Source: Bacteroidota bacterium
Lineage (GTDB): Bacteria; Bacteroidota; Bacteroidia; Bacteroidales; JAHJDW01
Assembly: GCA_037139195.1 (NCBI GenBank)
Contig: JBAXGW010000018.1
Span: 19-64,018, forward strand
DNA length: 64,000 nt
Direction of reading: 5' to 3'
Of the stretch, positions 1-9,676 are shown in pieces; within the stretch, counting starts at the first letter, position 1, and each line of letters begins with the position of its first letter. Made by a program: the position numbers and the translations under genes. The notes under the pieces were generated by a model. It did no database searches and was not told the DNA's origin. It saw only the letters and a list, made by a program, of their open reading frames with translations.

Positions 1-82
1 ATCAAAATTAAATAATTTTGACACCGAACTCACGTTAATTAATATAAGCAAAGGGCTTTGTTTGATACTATTAGAATATCAT

Positions 83-2038
83 TTAGGAAATTACTCGTCC
101 AAACTTCTTGTCGATTTCGATTTTTTGTTTTTGAAGATTATTGTAATTGTTCATTATAACTAAAGCATCTTCATCATTACTAGCTTTCTTTAATTCTTCC
201 AATTCGTGATTTAATAATTCTTGAATCTTTTTTGCTTTAAGCTTAAGCACTGCTTCCTCCACCGAACTTTTCAGTCTCATTTCGGTTGATGATTCATCGG
301 TAGGCTGAATATTATGTTCCGTTTCCCATTCGGGGCTCAAACTATATTGCGAATGTATTAAATCAATTGCTATTTTAGTAATCTCTGCTTCCTTGTGCTG
401 AATAAATACTTGGTCTGGAAGGATTTCATCACGCTGAACTCCTTCAAAATATTCTTTAAAAATCTGTTTAAAAATTGGGTCTGAAAAATAATCTCCTTTA
501 CATAAATCAAGCACTATTGCCTGTGCAACTGGAATTTCGAGGATGGTTTTTTCAGCGTTTTCATTTAGTATTTCTAATTTCAGTATTTTCTGTCCGTGAT
601 TTAACATTATTCTAATCACATCCATTTCCTGATAATAAGTTGTATTGGTTTTCTCTTTTGGAGTTTCTGCAACAAAATCTATTTCTTCGCTTGTAACTTC
701 ATGTTGCTCTTCCTGATTATCCTTCCCCGATTTAGATTTTTTAGTCCTAATTTTGCCTATTTCTGAATGAAGTATTTGCTCCGAAATATTAAGTAATTGG
801 CTGCATTGCTGGGTGTATAAATTTCTGATAATTGCATCGGGAATAAGTGCAATAGTAGCAACTATATCTTTTATCAATACCGACATTTTAATAGGGTCGC
901 CTTCAGCGTCGGCTTTTAAAATATTGGTTTTAAACGTGATAAAATCTTTTGCGTTATTTTTAATAAATTCTGCTATTACCGATGCACTATTTTTTCGAGC
1001 ATACGAATCGGGATCGTCGCCATCGGGAAACAACACCACTCTTACATTCATTCCTTCCTCTAATATAAGGTCGATTCCACGGAATGAAGCTTTTATTCCA
1101 GCGCTATCGCCATCGTAGAGTATGGTTATATTATTGGTATATCGTTGAATTAAGCGAATTTGATCCGATGTTAAAGATGTTCCTGATGATGCAACTACAT
1201 TTTCGATACCCGCCTGAAACATAGATATTACATCAGTATTTCCTTCTACCAGAAAACAATTATCATTAGTAATGATGGCTTTCTTGGCAAAATATAAACC
1301 GTAAAGTACATTTCGTTTTTGATATATTTCAGTTTCGGGCGAGTTAACGTACTTTGCAATGGTTTTATCCGAAGATAATGTACGAGCCGAAAATGCAATA
1401 ACCCTCCCCGAAAGTGTATGAACAGGAAAAAGCACACGGCTTCTAAAACGGTCAAATAAGCGATTGTCTTTTTCGGTTATCAGACCTGCTTTGATTAATA
1501 TCTCTTTATTGTAGCCCTCTTTTAGTGCATCTTTTGCAAAGCCATCCCAAACGTCGCTACTAAAACCCAATTGAAATTTTTTAATAATCTCGTCAGAGAA
1601 ACCTCTTTCGACAAAATAGCTATATCCGATAGATTTTCCGTGTTCGGTTTCTAGCAAATGGTTTGTATAGTATTTTTGAGCAAAAGAATTGGCCAAGAAA
1701 AGGCTTTCGCGAAGATTTTGTTCTTCAATTTGTTTATCGGAGGCGATTTCTTCGTTTAATTCTATTCCATATTTTTTAGCTAACTGACGCAGTGCATCGG
1801 GATAAGTAAGCTTATCGTGTTCCATTAAAAAATTAACAGAATTCCCAGCCTTTCCACAGCCAAAACATTTGTAGATCCCTTTTACAGGAGAAACGTAGAA
1901 TGATGGCGTTTTTTCGTTATGAAAAGGACAATTCCCAATAAGATTTGTGCCTCTTTTTTTCAAAGAAACATAATCGCCAACAACTTCTTCTACGCGAGCT
2001 GTTTCGGTAATCCTATCAATTGTTTCTTTTGGAATCAA
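83..2038 (-). CDS. dnaG: DNA primase
   Basis: 651-aa ORF. CHC2 zinc finger CPFHNEKTPSFYVSPVKGIYKCFGCGKAGN and TOPRIM block LVEGNTDVISM...LYDGDSAGIKA. The start codon at 2036-2038 is TTG. Confidence 0.9.
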   Translation of the reverse strand: MIPKETIDRITETARVEEVVGDYVSLKKRGTNLIGNCPFHNEKTPSFYVSPVKGIYKCFGCGKAGNSVNFLMEHDKLTYPDALRQLAKKYGIELNEEIASDKQIEEQNLRESLFLANSFAQKYYTNHLLETEHGKSIGYSYFVERGFSDEIIKKFQLGFSSDVWDGFAKDALKEGYNKEILIKAGLITEKDNRLFDRFRSRVLFPVHTLSGRVIAFSARTLSSDKTIAKYVNSPETEIYQKRNVLYGLYFAKKAIITNDNCFLVEGNTDVISMFQAGIENVVASSGTSLTSDQIRLIQRYTNNITILYDGDSAGIKASFRGIDLILEEGMNVRVVLFPDGDDPDSYARKNSASVIAEFIKNNAKDFITFKTNILKADAEGDPIKMSVLIKDIVATIALIPDAIIRNLYTQQCSQLLNISEQILHSEIGKIRTKKSKSGKDNQEEQHEVTSEEIDFVAETPKEKTNTTYYQEMDVIRIMLNHGQKILKLEILNENAEKTILEIPVAQAIVLDLCKGDYFSDPIFKQIFKEYFEGVQRDEILPDQVFIQHKEAEITKIAIDLIHSQYSLSPEWETEHNIQPTDESSTEMRLKSSVEEAVLKLKAKKIQELLNHELEELKKASNDEDALVIMNNYNNLQKQKIEIDKKFGRVIS

Positions 2039-2047
2039 AGTAAATAC

Positions 2048-2278
2048 TTATTTTTTACTGTTTTTGTCTTTTTGGCGCAACATTTTTTTACGAAGCCACC
2101 ACACTTTAATTTTGTTTGGTCCTCTTTTCTTTGGCTTAGAGTATAAAGAATTAGAACGTTTATATAAAGACTTCTTGTCTTGTTCCGAACGGCTCTTGGT
2201 TGTAGAAATAACAATACAGGAATTCAATGTAAGCATTGAAATTAAAATTGTTATAATTAAAATATTCCTGTATTTCAT
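2048..2278 (-). CDS. small, very basic lipoprotein (76 aa), function unknown
   Basis: Signal peptide plus lipobox-like LTLNSC, followed by a Lys/Arg-rich tail. Same strand as dnaG, 10 bp upstream of it. Confidence 0.35.
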   Translation of the reverse strand: MKYRNILIITILISMLTLNSCIVISTTKSRSEQDKKSLYKRSNSLYSKPKKRGPNKIKVWWLRKKMLRQKDKNSKK

Positions 2279-2331
2279 TGGTTTAACTTGATTCTTATTA
2301 TAAAATTACGAAATGCTAAATTAAAAAAAAA

Positions 2332-2514
2332 TTAACAATATTGTGATTTCTTATTTTTGTTAAATTCAAAAATTGCGGCTTTATTGCGTTTTTTGCCATA
2401 TTTTTTCTTTTGTTTTTTTTGCCCAAATGTTTTATTAGCCCCTTGAACCCATACTTTCCCGCACGATGATAATGTTAGACTAAGAATTACAGCAAAAAAT
2501 AAAATTTTTCTCAT
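2332..2514 (-). CDS. small, very basic lipoprotein (60 aa), function unknown
   Basis: Signal peptide plus lipobox LTLSSC, then a Lys-rich tail (QKKQKKKYGKKRNK). Confidence 0.35.
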   Translation of the reverse strand: MRKILFFAVILSLTLSSCGKVWVQGANKTFGQKKQKKKYGKKRNKAAIFEFNKNKKSQYC

Positions 2515-2547
2515 ATTATTAACTCCAAAAATGGTAAAAAATTATAC

Positions 2548-3636
2548 CTAATTTAAAAATTCATATTGCTGATTCCTTAATATTGGCGTATAACCAGCTC
2601 TTTTTATTGTATTTATCATTCCATTTGCATTCAGCGAAAAATTAGCTCCGGCCGATGAAACAACATTCTCCTCAATCATTATTGAGCCTAAATCATTTGC
2701 TCCTCCATTTAAACACACCTCTGCAATAGGCGTGCCAACTGTTAACCACGATGCTTGAATATTTTTAACGTTGGTTAATAATATTCGACTCAATGCAATC
2801 ATTTTTATATATTCAATATTAGTTGAAGGTTGTTTAATCTCGTTTGTATTACTCAATTTGGTATTATATCCTTGAAAAGGCCAAGGAATAAATGCAATAA
2901 AACCTATGCTATCTTTTGGTTTTAACGCTTGAACCTCTCTTACCCTTATTATATGCTCAATTCTTTCCTCTAAAGTTTCAATATGACCATACATCATGGT
3001 TGCCGAAGTTACCATATTCATTTGGTGCGAAACTTTCATCACCTCAAACCATTCGTTTGAAGTACATTTATATTTTGAAAGCTTAAGTCGCACTCTATCA
3101 ACCAATATTTCAGCTCCTGCTCCTGGCAAAGAATCAAGACCAGCATAAACAAGACGTTTTAAAACTGTTTCGTAATTATTTCCAGATAATCGAGCTAAAT
3201 GTACAATTTCAGGCGGACCTAATGCATGAAGTCTTAAGGTAGGAAAGCGCTTTTTAAATTCCTTAAAAAGTTCTTCGTAATATTCTAGCGAAAGCTTCGG
3301 ATGCAAACCACCTTGCAACAATATTTGGTTTCCATTCAACAAAAAAAGTTCTTCAATTTTTTTGGAATATTCTTCTATTGAAGTAATGTAAGCATTTTCA
3401 GAATTTAATCCACAATGAAAATTACAAAAAGAACAACCCGATACACAAACATTAGTAATGTTTATATTTCTATCAATAATCCAGCTAACAAAATTATTAG
3501 GATGTAATTGTTTTCTTATTTCGTTGCCAATAAACATAAGTTCCGATACATCAAGTGCTTTGTATAAGTACAAGGCTTCAGATGCATCTAGATTATTTAA
3601 ACCTAATGCTTTATTTACAATCTCTTTTATGTTCAT
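2548..3636 (-). CDS. radical SAM enzyme of the futalosine menaquinone pathway (MqnC/MqnE, CofH-like)
   Basis: CxxxCxxC cluster motif CVSGCSFCNF about 65 aa from the N-terminus. Length (about 362 aa) and overall pattern (ILLQGGLHP, GAGAEIL, ASWLTVG) are typical of the MqnC/MqnE/CofH family. The ATG at 3634-3636 is preferred over the GTG at 3640-3642. Confidence 0.7.
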   Translation of the reverse strand: MNIKEIVNKALGLNNLDASEALYLYKALDVSELMFIGNEIRKQLHPNNFVSWIIDRNINITNVCVSGCSFCNFHCGLNSENAYITSIEEYSKKIEELFLLNGNQILLQGGLHPKLSLEYYEELFKEFKKRFPTLRLHALGPPEIVHLARLSGNNYETVLKRLVYAGLDSLPGAGAEILVDRVRLKLSKYKCTSNEWFEVMKVSHQMNMVTSATMMYGHIETLEERIEHIIRVREVQALKPKDSIGFIAFIPWPFQGYNTKLSNTNEIKQPSTNIEYIKMIALSRILLTNVKNIQASWLTVGTPIAEVCLNGGANDLGSIMIEENVVSSAGANFSLNANGMINTIKRAGYTPILRNQQYEFLN

Positions 3637-3789
3637 AGTCACAGTGGTACACCTAATAACTGCAAAGAAATAATATTCCTCTATCAGTTACTTTTAGATT
3701 TTCAAAAATACTTAATAATTTTATAACATGAGCAGTAATTTGTAACCAATTATGCCGTATTTTTGAACTCTTATTAAAAAGTTTTTAAC

Positions 3790-5226
3790 ATGTCTATTTC
3801 AATTCACAAATTAAACAAAATTAGCGGCAAAGAAAACTTGCTAGTTTTTGCCAATAATGTAGAGCAGCTGAAAGATTTAGCTCTTAGTAAGCCTGAATTT
3901 GATTTTGTAAAAACCCAAATTAAAGATGACAAGAAAAAGGTTTTTGTAAATCAATACCATCGTCAAATTGTCATTTTAATAAATGAAACAAAAGACGAAT
4001 TGTTTATAAGTCTGGAAAAATTGCGGAAAAGCGGAAATGCCTTTCAAAAGTTCTTTAATGACGAAAAAGCAAAATCTATTTCAATAATTGACTTTGCAAA
4101 CGACCCATTAAAAACAATCGCATTACTTGAGGGAATTGAACTAGGTAATTACCAGTTTTTAAAATACAAATCAGAAAAAAAGACAAACACTTTAACTGAA
4201 ATAAAATTATATTCTAATTCGGTTAAAACAGATGATATTTTAAAACTTAATATAATAATAGAGGCCACTCTGAAAGCTCGTGACTTAATTAACGAGCCTT
4301 TATCATACCTCACAGCTGAAGTATTATCAGAACAGATACAAAAGATGGGAAAAGAGGCTGGATTTAATGTTGAAGTATTTAACAAAATAAAAATTGAAAG
4401 CTTAAAAATGGGAGGCTTATTAGCTGTTAATAAAGGTAGTATCGACCCTCCAACTTTCAATATTTTAGAGTGGAACCCTGAAAAAGCAAAAAACAAAAAA
4501 CCAATAATATTAGTAGGCAAAGGAATTGTTTTTGATACTGGTGGAATGAACTTAAAGCCTGGCTCGAGCATGGATGGCATGAAGTGCGATATGTCGGGAG
4601 CTGCCGCAGTAGCATCGGCTATTTATGCAGTAGCAAAAGCAAAATTACCTTACCATGTTATTGGTCTTATTCCAGCTACCGATAACCGTCCAGATGGCAA
4701 TGCTTATGTGCCAGGAGACATTTTAAAAATGCATGATGGCACTACAGTTGAAGTTTTTAGCACCGATGCAGAAGGTCGATTGATACTAGCCGATGCATTG
4801 AGTTATGCAAAAAAATATAAACCTGAAGTAGTTATAGACATAGCAACACTTACTGGTGCTGCATCACGCGCTATTGGGAAATATGGCATTGTTGCAATGG
4901 GTAATAATGAACCATTAATGAGAAAACTTAAAAATTCGGGCGAGGCTGTAAACGAGCGAATTGCTGAATTCCCATTTTGGGATGAGTACGCAGAACTAAT
5001 AAAATCAGAAATTGCTGATCTTAAGAATATTGGAGGTGTTGAAGCTGGTGCTATAACTGCAGGAAAATTTCTCGAACATTTTACCAGTTACCCATGGGTG
5101 CATTTAGATATTGCTGGACCAGCTTTTGTTGAAAGCAAATATAATTATCGTGGAATTGGTGGAACAGGCGTTGGAGTGAGATTGTTTTTTGATTTCATTG
5201 CAAATTATTCAAATAAAGATAAATAG
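3790..5226 (+). CDS. pepA: leucyl aminopeptidase, M17 family
   Basis: 478 aa. Contains VGKGIVFDTGGMNLKP, MKCDMSGAA and the M17 signature STDAEGRLILADAL. Confidence 0.85.
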   Translation: MSISIHKLNKISGKENLLVFANNVEQLKDLALSKPEFDFVKTQIKDDKKKVFVNQYHRQIVILINETKDELFISLEKLRKSGNAFQKFFNDEKAKSISIIDFANDPLKTIALLEGIELGNYQFLKYKSEKKTNTLTEIKLYSNSVKTDDILKLNIIIEATLKARDLINEPLSYLTAEVLSEQIQKMGKEAGFNVEVFNKIKIESLKMGGLLAVNKGSIDPPTFNILEWNPEKAKNKKPIILVGKGIVFDTGGMNLKPGSSMDGMKCDMSGAAAVASAIYAVAKAKLPYHVIGLIPATDNRPDGNAYVPGDILKMHDGTTVEVFSTDAEGRLILADALSYAKKYKPEVVIDIATLTGAASRAIGKYGIVAMGNNEPLMRKLKNSGEAVNERIAEFPFWDEYAELIKSEIADLKNIGGVEAGAITAGKFLEHFTSYPWVHLDIAGPAFVESKYNYRGIGGTGVGVRLFFDFIANYSNKDK

Positions 5227-5243
5227 TTTAATTAAAATAATTT

Positions 5244-6299
5244 ATGAATATGAAAACAAATTCTAGGGGTGATTCTCAAATACGTGTTGGAATAACACAT
5301 GGAGACATTAATGGAATAGGATATGAAATTATCATTAAAACTTTTGCAGATGCTAGAATTTTAGATTTCTGTATTCCAGTTATTTATGGATCTTCAAAAG
5401 TGGCGTCGTATCACAAAAAGATGGTTGCCGTTGAAGATTTTAACTTTCATATAATAAAAAATATCAGCGAAATTGCTCCTAAAAAAGTCAATTTAATAAA
5501 TTGCATAGATAAAGAATTAAAAATTGACTTAGGAACATCCACGCCTCAAGCTGGAGAGGCTTCTTATCTTTCACTTCAATACGCTATGAAAGATTTGAAA
5601 GAAGGCAAAATAGATTTTTTGCTTACAGCTCCAATAAATAAAGACAATATTCAATCGAAAGATTTTAAGTTTCCGGGTCATACCGAATATCTTGCAAAAG
5701 AAGTAGATGCCAAAGATTATTTAATGATGCTGGTTTGCGACAAAGTAAGAGTTGGAGTTGCCACTGGTCATGTGCCTTTGCATGAAGTTTCTTCTGTATT
5801 AAGCACCGATTTGATTCTTAACAAAATCAAGGTAATGAACGAATCGTTAATCAACGATTTTGGAATTTTAAAACCAAAAATAGCTGTTCTTGGCTTAAAT
5901 CCTCATGCTGGTGATAACGGATTACTAGGGAAAGAAGAAAAAGAAATAATTCGACCTGCGATAGATAAAGCTTTAGAGAACGGCATGTCGGTTTTTGGAC
6001 CTTACCCTTCGGATGGTTTTTTTGGTAAAGCCGATTATATGAAATTTGATGGTGTTTTAGCAATGTATCACGACCAAGGCTTGATTCCCTTTAAAACATT
6101 GTGTTTCGACCAAGGTGTTAATTTTACAGCTGGTCTGCCAATTATCAGAACTTCGCCCGACCATGGAACAGGCTACGACATAGCAGGGAAAGACATAGCT
6201 GCTCCTGATTCATTTAGAAGCGCACTTTATTTAGGTTTAGATATTTTAAAAAACAGAAATAGCCTTAAAGAATTGAAAGAAAGCGCAATGGGGAAATAA
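5244..6299 (+). CDS. pdxA: 4-hydroxythreonine-4-phosphate dehydrogenase
   Basis: 351 aa. Contains GDINGIGYEI, FPGHTEYLA, GLNPHAGDNGLLG, MYHDQGLIPFK and TSPDHGTGYDIAG. Confidence 0.9.
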   Translation: MNMKTNSRGDSQIRVGITHGDINGIGYEIIIKTFADARILDFCIPVIYGSSKVASYHKKMVAVEDFNFHIIKNISEIAPKKVNLINCIDKELKIDLGTSTPQAGEASYLSLQYAMKDLKEGKIDFLLTAPINKDNIQSKDFKFPGHTEYLAKEVDAKDYLMMLVCDKVRVGVATGHVPLHEVSSVLSTDLILNKIKVMNESLINDFGILKPKIAVLGLNPHAGDNGLLGKEEKEIIRPAIDKALENGMSVFGPYPSDGFFGKADYMKFDGVLAMYHDQGLIPFKTLCFDQGVNFTAGLPIIRTSPDHGTGYDIAGKDIAAPDSFRSALYLGLDILKNRNSLKELKESAMGK

Positions 6300-6371
6300 A
6301 ATAAACAAAGTTCTTTTTGTTATGATCTAGAATCCGCAAGGAATTAATAATTGATTAAAAAAACTACTCTT

Positions 6372-6407
6372 TGACTCCGCTCAGAGTGACCGCAGACTGA
6401 GCGGAGT
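6372..6407. repeat. GC-rich perfect 12-bp-stem hairpin (REP-like element or terminator) after pdxA
   Basis: gactccgctcag (6372-6383) pairs perfectly with ctgagcggagtc (6396-6407), with a 12-nt loop. It is much more GC-rich than its flanks and shares the CCGCTCAG and GTCGAA motifs with elements at 50.6 and 53.3 kb. Confidence 0.6.
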
Positions 6408-6451
6408 CGAAATCTATCAAGGGAAAAAGATATAGTTTGCGGAATTAAAGT

Positions 6452-8944
6452 ATGATAATGGATGAATTAAAATATAATTTTTTAAATATAGCAAAAATTG
6501 TTAAAGGAAAAATCATCTCTAATCCTTTACAAATAGACATAAACGAAATTTTTATCGACAGTAGAAACGTTGGAAATATTAGTTCATCGCTTTTTATTGC
6601 AATTGATGGAAAAAACCATAATGGGCACAATTATATCAACGATTTATTCGAAAAAGGAATTAAAAACTTTATAATTTCTAATGAATCTTTTGATATTTCA
6701 AAATATACCGATGCAAATTTCATCTTAGTTAATAACTCTATTAATGCTTTGCAATTGCTAGCTACATTTAAACGCAAGCAATTTACTTATCCCATAGTTG
6801 GAATAACAGGTAGCAACGGCAAAACCATTGTTAAAGAATGGTTGTTTCAATTGCTAAATCAAGAAAAAAAAGTTGTACGTAGTCCAAAAAGCTTTAATTC
6901 TCAGGTTGGAGTCCCTCTTTCTATTTGGCAAATGTCGGCTGATAATGATTTCGGAATTTTCGAAGCGGGAATCTCTGAACCCGACGAGATGGATAATTTA
7001 CAACATATTATAAACCCTACAATAGGAATATTTACAAATATTGGTCAAGCTCACGATGAGAATTTTATACATTTTCATCAAAAAATCGGAGAAAAACTTA
7101 AGCTATTCACGAAAGTTGAAGTGTTAATTTATTGTACCGACTATTATGACATCAGAGAGCGTGTTATTACAACTGAGATATTAAAAAACATTAAACTTTT
7201 CACATGGGCACGCAAGGGAAATGCTGATGTAATAGTGAAAAGCATTCAAAAAAATAATAAATGTTCTACTATTATTTTAGAATGGGATAAGAACAGCGAT
7301 GATTTTACCATTCCATTTACTGATGAAGCATCCATAGAAAACGCAATGCATTGTTGGATGCTTATGAAATATATTGGCTACGATTCTAAAGTTATTAGAG
7401 AGCGCATGTTGGGACTTCAATCGGTTGCAATGCGTTTAGAATTAAAGGAAGGAATAAATAATTGTTCAGTAATTAATGATAGTTATAATTCTGATTTAAA
7501 CTCGCTTGGGATTGCAATAGATTTCTTGAATCAACAAAAACAACATCCAAATCGTACGCTCATACTTTCCGATATTTTACAAAGCGGAAAAGGTGAAGAT
7601 GATTTATATGAAGAAGTTGCTAGTTTAATTGCCAATAAAGGGATTACCAAACTTATAGGCATTGGAAAAGCTATTAGCCGACAAAAGAATAAATTTAACA
7701 TCGAAAAATATTTCTATTCAAGCACAAACGATTTCATTGATGAATTTTCGAGTTCGATGTTTTTTAATGAAACCATTTTACTTAAAGGAGCCCGAATATT
7801 TGAATTTGAGCAGATCAGCAATTTAATTCAACAAAAGGCACATGAAACAGTTTTAGAAATTAACTTAAATGCAATTGTACATAATCTTAATTTTTATAAG
7901 TCATTGATAAAGCCTACCACCAAAATTATGGCAATGGTTAAGGCTTTCTCTTATGGAAGTGGAAGTTATGAAATTGCAAACATACTGCAATATCAGCGTG
8001 TTGATTATTTAAGTGTTGCTTATGCCGATGAAGGGGCAGAACTCAGAAAAGCGGGCATTACAGTTCCAATAATGGTAATGAATCCAGATGAACAAAGTTT
8101 TGATACCATTCTTCAATATAATTTAGAGCCCGAGATATATAGCCATCGCATATTTGATTTGTTGATTAATACTATTAATAGAAAGCATAAAAAAATTGAC
8201 AAAACTGTTTTAATACATTTGAAGTTGGATACAGGAATGCATCGCTTAGGCTTTGAAGAAATTGATTTGCTTGATATTTGCAATAAAATAAACTGTCATA
8301 AAGAAATTATCAAAGTTCAATCCGTGTTTACACATTTGGCATCTGCCGACGATAAGAACGATGATGTTTTTACAAAACATCAAATTTCCTTGTTTGAGAA
8401 AATGAGTGGAATTATTTTAGATGAGTTGCAATATACATTTATGCGACACGCATTAAATTCGGCAGGTATTGTTCGTTTTCCAGGTGCTCATTTTGATATG
8501 GTACGTTTAGGAATTGGGTTATATGGTGTTTCGTCAGAAGTTCAAAATGAATTAATGAATGTAAGTACATTAAAAACCATCATTTCGCAAATTAAAATAT
8601 TGCAATCTTCCGAAACTATTGGATATAACAGAAAAGGACTTTTAAATAAAGAAAGCAAAATTGCCACCATAAATATTGGCTATGCCGACGGATTAAACCG
8701 TAAGCTAGGAAATGGAGTTGGCAAAGTGCTAGTAAATGGACAATTAGCACCGTTCATAGGTTCAATTTGTATGGATATGTGCATGATAGACATAACAGGA
8801 ATTAATGCAGAAGAAGGCGACGATGTAATTATTTTTGGAAAAGAAATTCCAGTTTCAACGATTGCGGAACAAATTGGAACTATTCATTATGAAGTATTCA
8901 CAAGCCTTTCAAGAAGAATAAAACGAATTTATTATTCAGAATAG
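6452..8944 (+). CDS. bifunctional UDP-MurNAc-pentapeptide synthetase (MurF) / alanine racemase (Alr) fusion
   Basis: 830 aa. The N-terminal half has the Mur ligase P-loop GITGSNGKTIVKEW and the DSYNSDLNS motif. The C-terminal half has the alanine racemase PLP site AMVKAFSYGSG and the GYADG / ICMDMCMID motifs. Confidence 0.85.
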   Translation: MIMDELKYNFLNIAKIVKGKIISNPLQIDINEIFIDSRNVGNISSSLFIAIDGKNHNGHNYINDLFEKGIKNFIISNESFDISKYTDANFILVNNSINALQLLATFKRKQFTYPIVGITGSNGKTIVKEWLFQLLNQEKKVVRSPKSFNSQVGVPLSIWQMSADNDFGIFEAGISEPDEMDNLQHIINPTIGIFTNIGQAHDENFIHFHQKIGEKLKLFTKVEVLIYCTDYYDIRERVITTEILKNIKLFTWARKGNADVIVKSIQKNNKCSTIILEWDKNSDDFTIPFTDEASIENAMHCWMLMKYIGYDSKVIRERMLGLQSVAMRLELKEGINNCSVINDSYNSDLNSLGIAIDFLNQQKQHPNRTLILSDILQSGKGEDDLYEEVASLIANKGITKLIGIGKAISRQKNKFNIEKYFYSSTNDFIDEFSSSMFFNETILLKGARIFEFEQISNLIQQKAHETVLEINLNAIVHNLNFYKSLIKPTTKIMAMVKAFSYGSGSYEIANILQYQRVDYLSVAYADEGAELRKAGITVPIMVMNPDEQSFDTILQYNLEPEIYSHRIFDLLINTINRKHKKIDKTVLIHLKLDTGMHRLGFEEIDLLDICNKINCHKEIIKVQSVFTHLASADDKNDDVFTKHQISLFEKMSGIILDELQYTFMRHALNSAGIVRFPGAHFDMVRLGIGLYGVSSEVQNELMNVSTLKTIISQIKILQSSETIGYNRKGLLNKESKIATINIGYADGLNRKLGNGVGKVLVNGQLAPFIGSICMDMCMIDITGINAEEGDDVIIFGKEIPVSTIAEQIGTIHYEVFTSLSRRIKRIYYSE

Positions 8945-8950
8945 CTTAAA

Positions 8951-9649
8951 ATGACAAAAGTAGAATATAAAGACCTCGGAATAATTGACTATCAAGAAGC
9001 TTGGGATTTTCAAGAATCGCTTTTTAATATTATTGTGGCTCAGAAATTAGCCAATAGAGAAAATGGTTCAACCGACGAAAACACTAATAACTACCTGCTT
9101 TTCTGCGAACATCCTCATGTTTATACTTTAGGCAAGAGTGGTTCAGAAAATAATATGCTTTTAGACTATATTCAGCTTCAAGCAAAAAATGCCACTTTTC
9201 ATAAAACTAACCGAGGCGGTGATATCACTTATCATGGTCCAGGTCAAATTGTCGGCTATCCAATAATTAATTTAGAAAGGTTTAAATTAGGAGTTAAAGA
9301 ATATATTCATCTGCTAGAAGAATCAATAATTATTACTTTAAAAGAATACGGAATTGCTTCTGCTCGTTTAGAAGGAGCTACGGGCGTTTGGCTAGATGTT
9401 GGAATAAAAGGCAAGGAACGCAAGATTTGTGCTATTGGCGTTCGTGCAAGCAGATATGTAACAATGCATGGTTTTGCATTTAATGTAAATACCGATTTAA
9501 GCTATTTCAATCACATCAACCCATGTGGTTTTGTAGATAAGGGGGTAACTTCACTAGCCAAAGAATTAGGAGCAGAACAAAACTTTGAAGGAGTAAAATC
9601 TAAACTGTTGAAGAATATATTTGAAGTTTTTGGGATGGATAAGAAATAA
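8951..9649 (+). CDS. lipB: lipoyl(octanoyl) transferase
   Basis: 232 aa. Contains EHPHVYTLGKSG, RGGDITYHGPGQ and RKICAIGV. Confidence 0.9.
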   Translation: MTKVEYKDLGIIDYQEAWDFQESLFNIIVAQKLANRENGSTDENTNNYLLFCEHPHVYTLGKSGSENNMLLDYIQLQAKNATFHKTNRGGDITYHGPGQIVGYPIINLERFKLGVKEYIHLLEESIIITLKEYGIASARLEGATGVWLDVGIKGKERKICAIGVRASRYVTMHGFAFNVNTDLSYFNHINPCGFVDKGVTSLAKELGAEQNFEGVKSKLLKNIFEVFGMDKK

Positions 9650-9676
9650 AATTTTATTATTAAAAAAATCTTTTCT

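Noticed and set aside
813-2291. Plus-strand ORFs overlapping dnaG and the small lipoprotein genes (813-1118, 1919-2146, 2064-2291)
   Set aside because: They are antisense to well-supported genes, have hydrophobic or low-complexity translations, and show no motifs.
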